From an uncultured Planctomycetia bacterium (lineage in GTDB: Bacteria; Planctomycetota; Planctomycetia; Pirellulales; Thermoguttaceae): a DNA stretch of 64,000 bases. Under the pieces are notes generated by a model. The model was given only the letters and a program-made list of their open reading frames with translations, ran no database searches and was not told the origin of the DNA. Positions 35,755-45,775 of the stretch are shown here, piece by piece; within the stretch, counting starts at the first letter, position 1; each line of letters begins with the position of its first letter. Made by a program: the position numbers and the translations under genes. Location: contig CAVZKX010000002.1 of assembly GCA_963775975.1 (NCBI GenBank), forward strand, positions 2,996,502-3,060,501. The letters run 5' to 3'.

Positions 35755-38315
35755 ATTTCTTCGGGTGGCGGCGGTCCGTCGGACGAGTCTGGCGGAGGCG
35801 CGGATTGACTTTGGGGCGATTTCTTGTCGTTCTTCTTTCTGAGGTCCTTGAAGTCGGCGTCCCGTTTGATTTTTTCCTGCCAAGCCGGTATCACCTCGTA
35901 GCGTATTGTCCCCCGCATCAAGGCTAAATACTCCTGCGCGGTGTCCTCGGAGACGAACTGTTCCCAAAGTTCCTTGAAAGGAGTCAACGAAATTATGCGG
36001 ATTACGTAGGCCTCGGACTTAGGGCCGTTCGTCGCGATCGCAACTTGACCGGGACTAAGGCTGAATACCGTCTTCATGAATTCCTCGCCGGGCTTCTCGA
36101 GGTCGCCTACCTCGCTTATGGACGGCGACTGGCCCGTCAACATGCCGCTGGTCATCCAAGTAAAGCGAGGCGGCTTTATGACCTCGATTCGTTTATCGCT
36201 CGCCGCGAGGCTAGTCAATGATTTGCCGGCGTTATCGGCCGCACTCGCCTTCTTCTTAAGATCTTCGGCGGCTTTCATCGCCGGCACGCGGGCCTGGAAG
36301 AGCTTCCACTCCTCGCGCACCTTGCTCTCGACTCCCTTGTCGTCCCACTTAGGCACGCCGCCGGCCTGGTCGTCGGTCTTCCAGAAAAGGTAAAGCTTCT
36401 TGGAAAGCGTCGAATAGCTTGGCCGGGAAACGTCAACCTTGTAGAGTGTCGTAGGACCGAAAATCTCGCCGACAGCGGGGACGAGGCGGCCTGCCTCGGC
36501 ATTGATCATATCCGACTTGCCGAACTCGGTGTCCACCAATTGCCTCAGCGAGAGCAGGCCGGTGCGATGGGCCGTCATATTGTATTTTTTGGCCAGCGCG
36601 GCGAAATCGGGCGACTTCGGCTTTTCGTCGCCCGCGTTGGTATACTTTTCGCGATAGGCGTCCAGCGTTGTGCGAACTTTCGAGATGCTATCGCTGTACT
36701 TCTTGTTGGCCAAATTCTGGCGGATAGAATCGCGCAGGCGTTCTTCCGCCGTTTTGATCGGCTTCCGCGCCTCTTTTTTGGCGGTTGCGTCAACCTTTTC
36801 CGCTTTGGCGCCCGATGACTTGGTATCCACCGGCTTTGATTCGCCGCCTTGTTTCGCGCCTGTCTGTTTCGCGCCTCCTTCTTTCACGCTGTCCGGCTTG
36901 GCATCGGACTTCGACGATGGCGTCGGCTCGGTCGCCGGCCGTTTGCTATCAACCGCCTTTGCGGCAGTTGTCGGATCCATCTTCGCCGAACTTTTCGGCT
37001 CCGCGTTTTTCTCTGCGCCTGCCGGAGGCGTTTTGTCAGCGGCCTTGTCGTCGACATACGCGACGAGGCGGAAGGGACTTGCCGGCGCGGCCAACGAACT
37101 GCCCGAAGGCTTCACTGCGGTTGACGCCGGCTTCACAGGCTCGGGCGTCTTTCCCGCCGCAGGCGTGGCATCCGGTTTTACGCCGGGAGATTTTTCCTCG
37201 GGCACTTTTATATTGGGCGCTGCCGGCGGGCTCGCGGTTGATTTTGCCGCTGGCGCGGTCGCCGGGCGACTATCCGGCTTCGCAGGCGGCGTCGGCTCCT
37301 TCAATACCGGCTCAGTTGTCGGCTTGCTCTCCAGCGGAGTTTTGCCGCCGGCCTTGGCGGCAGCGGCAGCCTTGTCTTCTTTTTCGCGGGCGTCACGGTC
37401 TTCCTTCTCCTCCTTCTGAAAGTCCTCCTTTTCGCGAGCATACTTCGTGGGGTCTTTTTCGAACTCCTTGGTGATTTCCGCCTCGGTGACTTGGCCCTCG
37501 TAGCTATCCGGGTCGGCTTCCAGATACTCGATATTGACCTTTCGCGGCACGCGGAATCCCGGCTGCGGAGAGTCGGGCGACGGCTCAATATCCTTATACT
37601 TATCAAAGAACTGTTTGAGTTCGTCGGTCGTAGGCTCTTTCACACTTTTATCGCCCAGGAATTTGCTCGTCTGCAGCACTGCCACTTCCACGGAAGCCCG
37701 CTGATGAAACCGCTTGAAATAGTCCCATCGTTCGCCCGGCGTTGCCGAACTGCCGGCCCATTCGTCGTATTGATGGCCGAGCTGCATCAAGCGAATGGCG
37801 AGCAACTGCTGGCGCATGATCTTGAAGATCTGGGGTTGATTGGCATGGACGGCTTGAATCGCGAAGTCAATCCTTCCCTGCGCATTGTCGACTTCCATCG
37901 TCATCTGCGCTAGAAGATCGTTGACCGCCTTGTCGTCGATCATGACACCCATCGATTCCGCCGTGCGCGCGTAAAGCCAGCGCTGAATGGCCGTGTCGTC
38001 CGTGTCATCTCCTAAAATCGCGTATACCGCAGCGATGATGCCGGCTGCCTTCTGCGCCTGCTGATTACTGCCCAGTTGCGCGCGAAGAAAGTCCACGAAC
38101 TGGCGGAGCAGTTTCCGCTGTTCTCGCTCGCTATTGATTTGCGATTGAGTGAGGCTTCCGTACTTCGTTTGAATGGCTGTCGGCTCTCGGCTCCCCAGCC
38201 GGTTCATGCCGATCATCGGGCCGCCTAGGAAAACGAAGGCCACGATCGCCATAATCGTAATTCCGGCCATCCAGACCTTTTGATTCTTGCGAAAAGTACG
38301 GAACGGACTAGCCAT
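35751..38315 (-). CDS. PpiD/SurA-N-like periplasmic chaperone-type protein with a long low-complexity insert
   Basis: N-terminus FRKNQKVWMAGITIMAIVAFVFLGG (membrane anchor) followed by a SurA_N-like region. Central Pro/Ala/Lys-rich region of roughly 250 aa. Confidence 0.55.
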   Translation of the reverse strand: MASPFRTFRKNQKVWMAGITIMAIVAFVFLGGPMIGMNRLGSREPTAIQTKYGSLTQSQINSEREQRKLLRQFVDFLRAQLGSNQQAQKAAGIIAAVYAILGDDTDDTAIQRWLYARTAESMGVMIDDKAVNDLLAQMTMEVDNAQGRIDFAIQAVHANQPQIFKIMRQQLLAIRLMQLGHQYDEWAGSSATPGERWDYFKRFHQRASVEVAVLQTSKFLGDKSVKEPTTDELKQFFDKYKDIEPSPDSPQPGFRVPRKVNIEYLEADPDSYEGQVTEAEITKEFEKDPTKYAREKEDFQKEEKEDRDAREKEDKAAAAAKAGGKTPLESKPTTEPVLKEPTPPAKPDSRPATAPAAKSTASPPAAPNIKVPEEKSPGVKPDATPAAGKTPEPVKPASTAVKPSGSSLAAPASPFRLVAYVDDKAADKTPPAGAEKNAEPKSSAKMDPTTAAKAVDSKRPATEPTPSSKSDAKPDSVKEGGAKQTGAKQGGESKPVDTKSSGAKAEKVDATAKKEARKPIKTAEERLRDSIRQNLANKKYSDSISKVRTTLDAYREKYTNAGDEKPKSPDFAALAKKYNMTAHRTGLLSLRQLVDTEFGKSDMINAEAGRLVPAVGEIFGPTTLYKVDVSRPSYSTLSKKLYLFWKTDDQAGGVPKWDDKGVESKVREEWKLFQARVPAMKAAEDLKKKASAADNAGKSLTSLAASDKRIEVIKPPRFTWMTSGMLTGQSPSISEVGDLEKPGEEFMKTVFSLSPGQVAIATNGPKSEAYVIRIISLTPFKELWEQFVSEDTAQEYLALMRGTIRYEVIPAWQEKIKRDADFKDLRKKNDKKSPQSQSAPPPDSSDGPPPPEEM

Positions 38316-38472
38316 AGCAGAGGTAAACCTTTTGCACGAATTGACCGGAATCTTTCATTTTAGAATACCAAGCTACAATTGCAATGGTAGACGACTTGCG
38401 TATCATAGGATGGATCGTCGATCCACGGCGAACCTTGCCGACCATCCCTTTGCACAGATTATCCAAATTAAC

Positions 38473-41238
38473 ATGGCCAAGAAATCGCCCAATTCCGACG
38501 CACCTTCGCTGGTAATCGTTGAGTCGCCAGCCAAAGCTCGGACGATCGGCAAGTTCCTGGGGCGGGGGTACACCATCGAGGCCAGCATCGGCCATATCCG
38601 CGACCTGCCCAACGGCGCCAAGGAAGTGCCCGAGGAGCTAAAGAAGGAAGATTGGGCCTATCTGGGCGTGAACGTCAACAAAGGCTTCGAGCCCGTGTAC
38701 GTTATACCTCCGAAGAAGGCCCAACAAGTAAAAAAGCTTCGGGCGGCGCTCAAGGATGCCAAAGACCTCTATCTGGCGACGGACGAAGATCGCGAGGGCG
38801 AGGCGATTAGTTGGCACCTCTGCGAAGTTCTCAAGCCGAAGGTTCCGGTCCATCGGCTGGTGTTCCACGAGATCACCGAGGAAGCGATCCGCGACGCCTT
38901 GACTCACCCCCGCTCGATCGACCAGGCCTTGGTGCGAGCACAGGAAGTGCGGCGAATCGTCGACCGCTTATATGGCTACGACGTATCGCCGCTCTTGTGG
39001 CGAAAGATCCGACCACGGCTTTCGGCCGGCCGCGTGCAGAGCGTGGCGGTGCGGCTGATCGTCGAACGCGAGCGGCTGCGAATGGCCTTTCGCTCGGCAA
39101 CCTACTGGGACCTTCTCGCCACGTTCGCCAAGCCGAGCGGCGAAAAGTTCGAGGCCGTGCTCGTCTCGGTCGATGGCAAGCGAATTCCCGCCAGCCGCGA
39201 CTTCGATCCCGCGACCGGGCGATTGAAGGACGACGTCTGCCTGCTCATGGATCAGCAGCAGGCCGCCGACTTGGCTGCTCGGCTCGAGCGCGAGACCGCT
39301 CGCGTCGCCGAATTGGAAGACAAGCCCTATACGACGAAGCCCTATCCGCCATTCACCACGAGCACTTTGCAACAGGAAGGCAATCGCAAGTGCGGCTTCA
39401 CGGCGCGGCGGACGATGGAGGTGGCCCAGAGCCTCTACGAGAACGGGCACATCACCTACATGCGTACCGACTCGACGAACCTGGCGACCGTGGCCATCGA
39501 GACGGCGAGGCAGATTATTTCCAGCCAATACGGCAAGGATTATCTGCCCGACGCGCCGCGAATCTATCAGACCAAGGTGAAGAACGCCCAGGAAGCCCAC
39601 GAGGCGATTCGTCCGGCTGGGCACCCCTTTCCACTGCCGGAGGACCTGCGAAACCAGTTGAGTCCCGACGAGTTTCGTCTATACGACTTGATCTGGAAGC
39701 GGACCGTTGCCAGCCAGATGACGGACGCGAAAGCGCGGCGGATCACGATCCGGGTCGATCTCGGAGGCACCCTCACCCCCGGCCCCTCTCCCGAAAGGAG
39801 AGGGGAGACAGCGCGCTTCGAGGCCAGCGGCAAAATCATCGACTTCCCCGGGTACTTGCGGGCGTACGTCGAAGGTTCTGATGATCCGGACAGTGAACTT
39901 GCCGAACGCGAGGTCGTGCTGCCGCAAGTGGCGGTCGGCGAGACGCTCGAGTGCCGCGAACTGGCGTCCAAAAGCCACACCACGCAGCCGCCCAATCGCT
40001 TCAGCGAAGCCTCGCTCACGCGCGAGTTGGAAAAAATGGGCATCGGCCGGCCGAGCACCTATGCCTCGATCATCGACACGATTCTCGCTCGCGATTATGT
40101 CTTCAAGAAGAGCGGCAATGTGCTCGTGCCGACATGGACCGCGTTTGCCGTTTCGCAACTGCTGGAAATACACCTGCCCAACCTGGTGGATTACCAGTTC
40201 ACCGCCAAAATGGAAGACGAGCTGGACGACATCAGCCGCGGCGAGCTCGACTACGTCGAGTATTTGCAGCAATTCTATTTCGGCAAGGGCGAGAAAGGGC
40301 TCAAGGAATTGGTCACGGCCAAGGCGGGCGAGATCGACGCTCGCGACGTATGCCGCGTGAGCATTGGCAGCCCCCAGGGGCAAGAGGAGATATTTGTCCG
40401 CGTCGGCCGCTACGGTCCGTTCCTGCAGCAAGGCGAGCGCCGCGCAAGCATCCCCGACCAGACCCCGCCCGACGAATTGACCCAGGAGGCCGCGCTTGCG
40501 ATGCTCGAGACGTCGGCCCAGGGCGACGAGCCGCTGGGGCACGATCCCGAAGGCAAGCCGGTCTTTCTGAAAGTCGGCCGCTTCGGTCCCTACGTGCAGC
40601 GCGGGAGTCCGGACGACGAAGAGACTCCGCAAAACGCCTCGCTGCTAAAGGGCATGGCGCCCGAAGACGTGACACTTGAAGTCGCGCTGAAGCTGCTCTC
40701 TCTTCCGCGCACGCTGGGAATGCACCCACAAAGCAGCAAGCCGGTCATGGTTTTCAACGGAAAATTCGGGCCGTATGTGAAGTGCGGCGATGACAAAGGC
40801 GACGAGAAACCGGAGACGCGTTCCTTGCCCGCCGGAGTCTCGCCGCTCGATGTGACGTTCGAACAAGCAATGGAACTCCTCGCACAACCCAAGGCCGTCG
40901 GCCGCGGCCGCGGTGTCAAGCGCGAACCGCTCAAGGTATTCGATGCTTCGCCCGTAACGACCAATCCGGTACAACTATTGTCTGGTAAGTTCGGTCCCTA
41001 CGTGACCGACGGCACGACCAACGCCTCGCTCCCGCGAGGCATGTCGCCAGACGAGCTGACATTCGAATTTGCCTTGAATCTTCTCAAGGTCCGCGCCGAG
41101 CAAGGCCCGACGGAGCGGCAGTTGAAGAACGCCGCGAAGAAAGCGGCAGCGGCGAAAAAGGCCGCGCCGAAGAAGGCGGTGAAAAAGAAAGCCACAAAGA
41201 AAAAGGCCGCGAAGGGCGCGGCAACGGAATCGGAATAA
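38473..41238 (+). CDS. topA: DNA topoisomerase I
   Basis: Toprim start LVIVESPAKARTIGKFLG, active-site region ITYMRTDS, repeated GRFGPY/GKFGPY C-terminal modules, Lys/Ala-rich tail. Confidence 0.95.
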   Translation: MAKKSPNSDAPSLVIVESPAKARTIGKFLGRGYTIEASIGHIRDLPNGAKEVPEELKKEDWAYLGVNVNKGFEPVYVIPPKKAQQVKKLRAALKDAKDLYLATDEDREGEAISWHLCEVLKPKVPVHRLVFHEITEEAIRDALTHPRSIDQALVRAQEVRRIVDRLYGYDVSPLLWRKIRPRLSAGRVQSVAVRLIVERERLRMAFRSATYWDLLATFAKPSGEKFEAVLVSVDGKRIPASRDFDPATGRLKDDVCLLMDQQQAADLAARLERETARVAELEDKPYTTKPYPPFTTSTLQQEGNRKCGFTARRTMEVAQSLYENGHITYMRTDSTNLATVAIETARQIISSQYGKDYLPDAPRIYQTKVKNAQEAHEAIRPAGHPFPLPEDLRNQLSPDEFRLYDLIWKRTVASQMTDAKARRITIRVDLGGTLTPGPSPERRGETARFEASGKIIDFPGYLRAYVEGSDDPDSELAEREVVLPQVAVGETLECRELASKSHTTQPPNRFSEASLTRELEKMGIGRPSTYASIIDTILARDYVFKKSGNVLVPTWTAFAVSQLLEIHLPNLVDYQFTAKMEDELDDISRGELDYVEYLQQFYFGKGEKGLKELVTAKAGEIDARDVCRVSIGSPQGQEEIFVRVGRYGPFLQQGERRASIPDQTPPDELTQEAALAMLETSAQGDEPLGHDPEGKPVFLKVGRFGPYVQRGSPDDEETPQNASLLKGMAPEDVTLEVALKLLSLPRTLGMHPQSSKPVMVFNGKFGPYVKCGDDKGDEKPETRSLPAGVSPLDVTFEQAMELLAQPKAVGRGRGVKREPLKVFDASPVTTNPVQLLSGKFGPYVTDGTTNASLPRGMSPDELTFEFALNLLKVRAEQGPTERQLKNAAKKAAAAKKAAPKKAVKKKATKKKAAKGAATESE

Positions 41239-41302
41239 GAAAATGGTTCCTGCCTGTCGCCAAGTTGGTTCTCATCGGCCGTGCGTCGAGGTTCTTGACG
41301 AC

Positions 41303-41479
41303 ATGATGGTCCGAGTGTTGCGCGAGAAGACGCCCTCGGAGCGGATTGCCATGGTTTTCGACGCCGAGCGCACCATGCGCCTGATGCTTCAGGCCGACGT
41401 TGCGTGGCGACATCCCGATTGGAATTCTCGGCGAGTCTCGGAGGAGGTAGCACGGAGGTTTCGCGGTGGATCAGGCTGA
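41303..41479 (+). CDS. small hypothetical protein, putative partner of the downstream nucleotidyltransferase-fold protein
   Basis: Start taken at MMVRVLREK. Overlaps the next gene by 14 nt. Confidence 0.4.
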   Translation: MMVRVLREKTPSERIAMVFDAERTMRLMLQADVAWRHPDWNSRRVSEEVARRFRGGSG

Positions 41480-42041
41480 CTTGCTGCGTCATGTGCTCGA
41501 CGTTCTGGAATCCCAGGGCGTGACTTACGCGCTCGTTGGCTCCTACGCCAGCGCAGTTTACGGAGAGCCGCGATTCACGCACGACATCGATATTGTCGTC
41601 CAGCTTACCCTTGAAGACGCCAATCGATTATGCGCAGCGTTCCCGCCACCCGAGTTCTATGTGAGCCACGCCGCGGCCCGCGAAGCCGTCGCGGAGCACA
41701 GCCAATTCAACGTTATTCACCCCGCTTCGGGCAACAAGATCGACTTCATGATTCCACGCAACGACGACTGGGGGCGAACGCAGTTAACGAGGAGAATTCG
41801 CCGCCCGATTCTGCCCGACCGCGAGGGATTCGTGGCGGCGCCCGAGGACGTCATTCTCGGCAAACTCTGGTATTACAACGAAGGCGGCTCCGAGAAGCAC
41901 TTACGGGACATCGCGGCGATGCTGCAAACCAGTGGGGATATGATCGACACCAATTATATCGAGCAATGGGCGCAGCGGCTTGGTTATGCCGAGCACTGGC
42001 GGTTGGTTGTAGATCGGGTACTCGACAAGTCTAATGAGTGA
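41466..42041 (+). CDS. nucleotidyltransferase-fold protein (uncharacterised family)
   Basis: YALVGSYASAVYGEPRFTHDIDIVV resembles the G-[SG]...D-x-D minimal NTase motif. GTG start. Confidence 0.55.
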   Translation: MDQADLLRHVLDVLESQGVTYALVGSYASAVYGEPRFTHDIDIVVQLTLEDANRLCAAFPPPEFYVSHAAAREAVAEHSQFNVIHPASGNKIDFMIPRNDDWGRTQLTRRIRRPILPDREGFVAAPEDVILGKLWYYNEGGSEKHLRDIAAMLQTSGDMIDTNYIEQWAQRLGYAEHWRLVVDRVLDKSNE

Positions 42042-42051
42042 GTTACGTGCA

Positions 42052-42444
42052 TTATTCTTCCCTTCCCATCACAATCGCATACGCCGTAGCGTGCGTTCGG
42101 CAGTGGGATAAGGTGACGAGAATCTCACCGACGCCTTGCTGCTCGATGAGGTCCTTGATCGCGCCGCGGGCGGCCACCGCCGGGCGGCCCGAGGAGTCGC
42201 GGCGGATTTCCACGTCGGCCCAGACCGCGCCTCGGGACGAATTGATGCCGAGCGCCCGGAGGATCGCTTGCTTGGCGGCAAAGCGGGCGGCAAAGTGCTG
42301 CGTCGATTGCGGGCGGCCCTGGCAGTAGCGGACCTCGGCCGGCGTGTAGACGCGGTCGATGAACTGCTCGCCGTGCTGCTCGATCATCCGCGCGATCCGC
42401 AAACATTCGGTGATCTCCGTGCCGATTCCCAGGATTCGAGCCAT
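42052..42444 (-). CDS. acpS: holo-[acyl-carrier-protein] synthase
   Basis: ILGIGTEITECLRI...FAAKQAILRALG...LSHCRTHATAYAIV. Confidence 0.9.
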   Translation of the reverse strand: MARILGIGTEITECLRIARMIEQHGEQFIDRVYTPAEVRYCQGRPQSTQHFAARFAAKQAILRALGINSSRGAVWADVEIRRDSSGRPAVAARGAIKDLIEQQGVGEILVTLSHCRTHATAYAIVMGREE

Positions 42445-42461
42445 AGCATTGTCTCAAACGG

Positions 42462-43355
42462 TCAAACTTGTCGGATCGATAAATCGAGCAATCGGGTCAC
42501 GCCCTCGCGATCGGCGGCGGCCAGCCAGGCCTCGCCGTGCCGCGTGCTCCCCTTCCCGTCGTCGCAGGCCAATTGAAATCGAGCGGGACCGCAGCCACTA
42601 GAGCAGTGCGAAAGTTGGTAACGCGCCGCCGCGATCGGCTCGTCGATTTTTAGCCCCGCCGCTTCGGCCAGCCGCGCGGCCGTGTCGCCGTCGACTCGCC
42701 CGCTGCGGACGAGCCGATACCAACTGCGGCATACATGGCAATAAGGGCTTCGGCTAAAAACGTAAACTATTGCCACGGCCGCCGCGACGAGCAACATGCC
42801 GTCCATCGCCCAACTTGCCCAGGCGCCGGCCCCGCGGAGCGACTGGAGAGCAGCGATCTTGACGGTGAACTTGCCGGTGATCGCGCGGCCCTCTCGCGCC
42901 TGCCACAGCATGTAGTCGGCGAACGACGGAGGGGCCGGCATCATTTCTGTAAACGCTCCCGCCAATCCCTGGTCGGCCTTTTCGGCAAGCATCGCCGCGC
43001 GCGTGTAGACGAAGTCACGATAGTGCAAATAGTGCTGCCCCACGACCGCCACGACCGCCGCCAGCACGGCGCCGATGATAAGTGTCGGCCGATGCCCGAT
43101 GTTCAATGTTCGCAGCATCGCGACAAGCAGAAGCCCCAGCCCGACGCCAATCAAAAGCGGAAAAATCAACAGCGGCGCGCGAACGTGCTCGGCCCAGACG
43201 GCCGCGCGGGCGACGGCGGCTCCGAGCAACGGCGCGGCCAAGACCCAGGCGAGCGCTTGCCAGGCGATGAACCGGCCGCGGGGCGGCAATTCGACGGCGG
43301 CCCGCGCGGGGCAAACTTCAGTCACGCTCCCCTCCCTCCTCTTCGCCTCCCGCAC
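42462..43355 (-). CDS. hypothetical multi-pass membrane protein with C-terminal Cys cluster
   Basis: 297-aa ORF with several TM helices, then CHVC...CSSGC. Confidence 0.55.
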   Translation of the reverse strand: MREAKRREGSVTEVCPARAAVELPPRGRFIAWQALAWVLAAPLLGAAVARAAVWAEHVRAPLLIFPLLIGVGLGLLLVAMLRTLNIGHRPTLIIGAVLAAVVAVVGQHYLHYRDFVYTRAAMLAEKADQGLAGAFTEMMPAPPSFADYMLWQAREGRAITGKFTVKIAALQSLRGAGAWASWAMDGMLLVAAAVAIVYVFSRSPYCHVCRSWYRLVRSGRVDGDTAARLAEAAGLKIDEPIAAARYQLSHCSSGCGPARFQLACDDGKGSTRHGEAWLAAADREGVTRLLDLSIRQV

Positions 43356-43364
43356 AAGGCATGG

Positions 43365-44537
43365 CTACTTTGCATCGCCGTTCGCCGAGCCGGCCGCCGC
43401 ATTCGCCGCGCGGCCGACGTCATCCTTGTCGAACTGGTAGGCGATTATCGAGCCATCGGCATGAAACGCCGCGCCGGGCAGCGCGATGTACATCGTCGCG
43501 GGAATCTTCGCGGGCATTTCGAAGACGAGATGCACCTGGATGCGGTCCTTCGTGACCGCCTTCATGTCTTCGCCCTTCTTTTGCGGAACCTGTCCCAACA
43601 ACTCAAACGAATTTCCCTTGCCCTCCTTCTCGTCGTCCTTGAGGAACACCGCCTTCCTCAGCTTCTCGTCGGCCCAACTCGTCAAATCGACGTTCTTTTT
43701 CGCCCCATCCTTGAGCTGGAGATTGACCGGCACGATGAGGACTTCCGCATCGTTGTCGGTGGTCTTGATGCCAGTCGGCGGAGCGCCGCGGAACGGCTTA
43801 AGCACCATGACATCCACGTCGCCCAGCATGGTCGTTTCGACGGAGGCCTTCTTCCAGCTTGTCGGCCACTTTGCCTGCACCGCTTTTTGCTCGCCGGGTT
43901 TCTTTTCGGCGGCGGGCTTGGCTGCGCTGTCCTCGGCATTCAAGACGTTTAATGCCTTCGGGTCTTTGTTCGGATCAGGCTGCGGCGAACTGAGCCAGCC
44001 ATTCGCCAGGGCCACAATGAACACGACCACGCCGACGGTCAGGCCGCCGCCGATCACGCTCATGAGGATTATCGTTACCTTTTTCTGCTCGGCCTTCTTA
44101 AGGCTCTGCATGCCGGATTTCATCTTGCGGCGCGAGACCATCACCGGCGCCGCTTCAAATTCGAAGTTATCGAGTTGCACGCCGTGCTTGCGCGTGCCGC
44201 CCAGCGCAAGCTCCTGCGGCAGCTCGGCCGGCGGTGGAGGCGCCTCGGCGGCCGCCGGCAAAGGGCCGGCCTTGGCGGCGGGCGCGGCGTCCGACTTCGC
44301 CGCCTTGGGCAGAGGCTTGGCGGATGCGGGCGCGGCCTTGCCTTGTGCGGAACTTTGCGCGGCGGCCGGCGCAAACAGGCCCTTGATTCTGCCCGCCGGC
44401 ACCCACGGACCTTCGCTGCCGCGTCGAACCAGGTGCTCGGCCTTCAACTGGCCCTTCGCCACTAACGTCTTGAGCTGCTGGTTGTTGAGCGGACCAACCT
44501 TCTTTTCACCGATTTTGCAGAACCAATCAGCGGACAT
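43365..44537 (-). CDS. GYF_2 (DUF4339)-domain membrane protein
   Basis: Start taken at MSADWFCKIGEKKVGPLNNQQLKTLVAKGQL..GPWVPAG. One TM helix and a C-terminal beta-rich domain. Confidence 0.6.
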   Translation of the reverse strand: MSADWFCKIGEKKVGPLNNQQLKTLVAKGQLKAEHLVRRGSEGPWVPAGRIKGLFAPAAAQSSAQGKAAPASAKPLPKAAKSDAAPAAKAGPLPAAAEAPPPPAELPQELALGGTRKHGVQLDNFEFEAAPVMVSRRKMKSGMQSLKKAEQKKVTIILMSVIGGGLTVGVVVFIVALANGWLSSPQPDPNKDPKALNVLNAEDSAAKPAAEKKPGEQKAVQAKWPTSWKKASVETTMLGDVDVMVLKPFRGAPPTGIKTTDNDAEVLIVPVNLQLKDGAKKNVDLTSWADEKLRKAVFLKDDEKEGKGNSFELLGQVPQKKGEDMKAVTKDRIQVHLVFEMPAKIPATMYIALPGAAFHADGSIIAYQFDKDDVGRAANAAAGSANGDAK

Positions 44538-45206
44538 TTCTGGAAGCTCGGACTTTTCGGCGCCCGGCCGGCTAGCGTGTATGAGAGGTAGCGGTGCCCA
44601 GCGTGATTGACGCCTCGCGAATACATTTACTTTAGCGGCAAAGACGGTCGAATTCCAGGCGGGGCGGCAAAAGCCATGATCGCGCGGCGTCGTGACTGTC
44701 GGATCGTTTAGCCCGGGGCCATCGGCGACGGCGATTCCCGCATTGTCTGTCGCCGATGGCTCCGGGTTAAACAATGCGCTGCATCAAGAAATACAGCCGG
44801 CCATCGTGGCAGATCCAAGCTCGCTGAACGCGGGTGTCGGCCCTGGGTAAACCGACACAAGGGAAGAGAATGCGTGTCTAAGCTAAGCTGATTATGACTG
44901 CACGATGGCCGGCTTGACCGTGTCAATTGAAAAGTATGCTAGGTTACTTTCCTTAGACGTGCTTGGTTTCTGTGCATTCATTGCCTCGCAGGTGGTCATG
45001 TTCTTGTGATTCTGTGCCTCAAACGATGATTTCATGTGGAACGCAAACGTCGTGCCGCTCCCGAATTTGAAGTCTTAGTCTAGCCGCCGTCCGCCTACGG
45101 AACATATACTGGCAAGGTTCATAACCGCTATGTGCTTCGAAAATGATTGCCGCGCATGTTAATATCACATACGGGCGGTTTGTAAAAACATTTACCGCGA
45201 CAACCG

Positions 45207-45698
45207 ATGAAATGCCCTGCCTGCCAGGAAGACAACGACCGGGTGATCGATTCGCGTGCGAGCCACGACGGGTTTGCCACGCGCCGGCGGCGGGAGTGCG
45301 CAGCCTGTGGGCACCGTTATACGACCTACGAACGGATCGAAACCGTGGTCGTGAAGCTGATCAAGCGGGACGGCTCGCGGCAGCCATTCGATCGCGCGAA
45401 AGTCAAACGCGGGTTGGAAATCGCATGTCGCAAGCGGCCCATCAGCGACGACCAGCTCGAAGCGCTCGTCAATGAGGTCCAAAACGAATTGGAAAGCCGC
45501 TCCGATCTGGAGATCGAGAGCCACGAGGTAGGCGAACTCGTGTTGCAGCACTTACGAGAACTAGACCAGGTGGCCTACGTTCGTTTCGCTAGCGTCTACC
45601 GGCAGTTCGAAGACGTACACGACTTCGTCCACGAACTCAAGCCGATGCTCGCCGAGGCGCGGCGACGCGATGAGAGCAAGGCGGAGGAAGAGGAATAA
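45207..45698 (+). CDS. nrdR: transcriptional repressor NrdR
   Basis: MKCPACQ...CAACGHRYTTYE zinc ribbon plus ATP-cone. Confidence 0.95.
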   Translation: MKCPACQEDNDRVIDSRASHDGFATRRRRECAACGHRYTTYERIETVVVKLIKRDGSRQPFDRAKVKRGLEIACRKRPISDDQLEALVNEVQNELESRSDLEIESHEVGELVLQHLRELDQVAYVRFASVYRQFEDVHDFVHELKPMLAEARRRDESKAEEEE

Positions 45699-45775
45699 GA
45701 AAGGGAGAAAGGGAGCAGGGGAGAAAGGGAGATTTCGATTTGATGCCTCTCCCCTTCTCCCTTTCCCCCCTGCTT
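45699..45775. repeat. GGGAGAA-type low-complexity hairpin between convergent genes
   Basis: GAAAGGGAGAAAGGGAGCAGGGGAGAAAGGGAGA / 15-nt loop / TCTCCCCTTCTCCCTTTCCCCCCTGCTT. Confidence 0.8.

Noticed and set aside
36670-37474. Plus-strand ORFs of 249 and 229 aa
   Set aside because: They lie antisense to the low-complexity tract of the PpiD-like gene, and their Ala/Ser/Gly-rich composition mirrors that tract.
45095-45180. NrdR boxes upstream of nrdR (GAACATATACTGG, ATGTTAATATCACAT)
   Set aside because: The sequences are only loosely palindromic and match the known NrdR-box half-sites poorly. No nrd genes follow.
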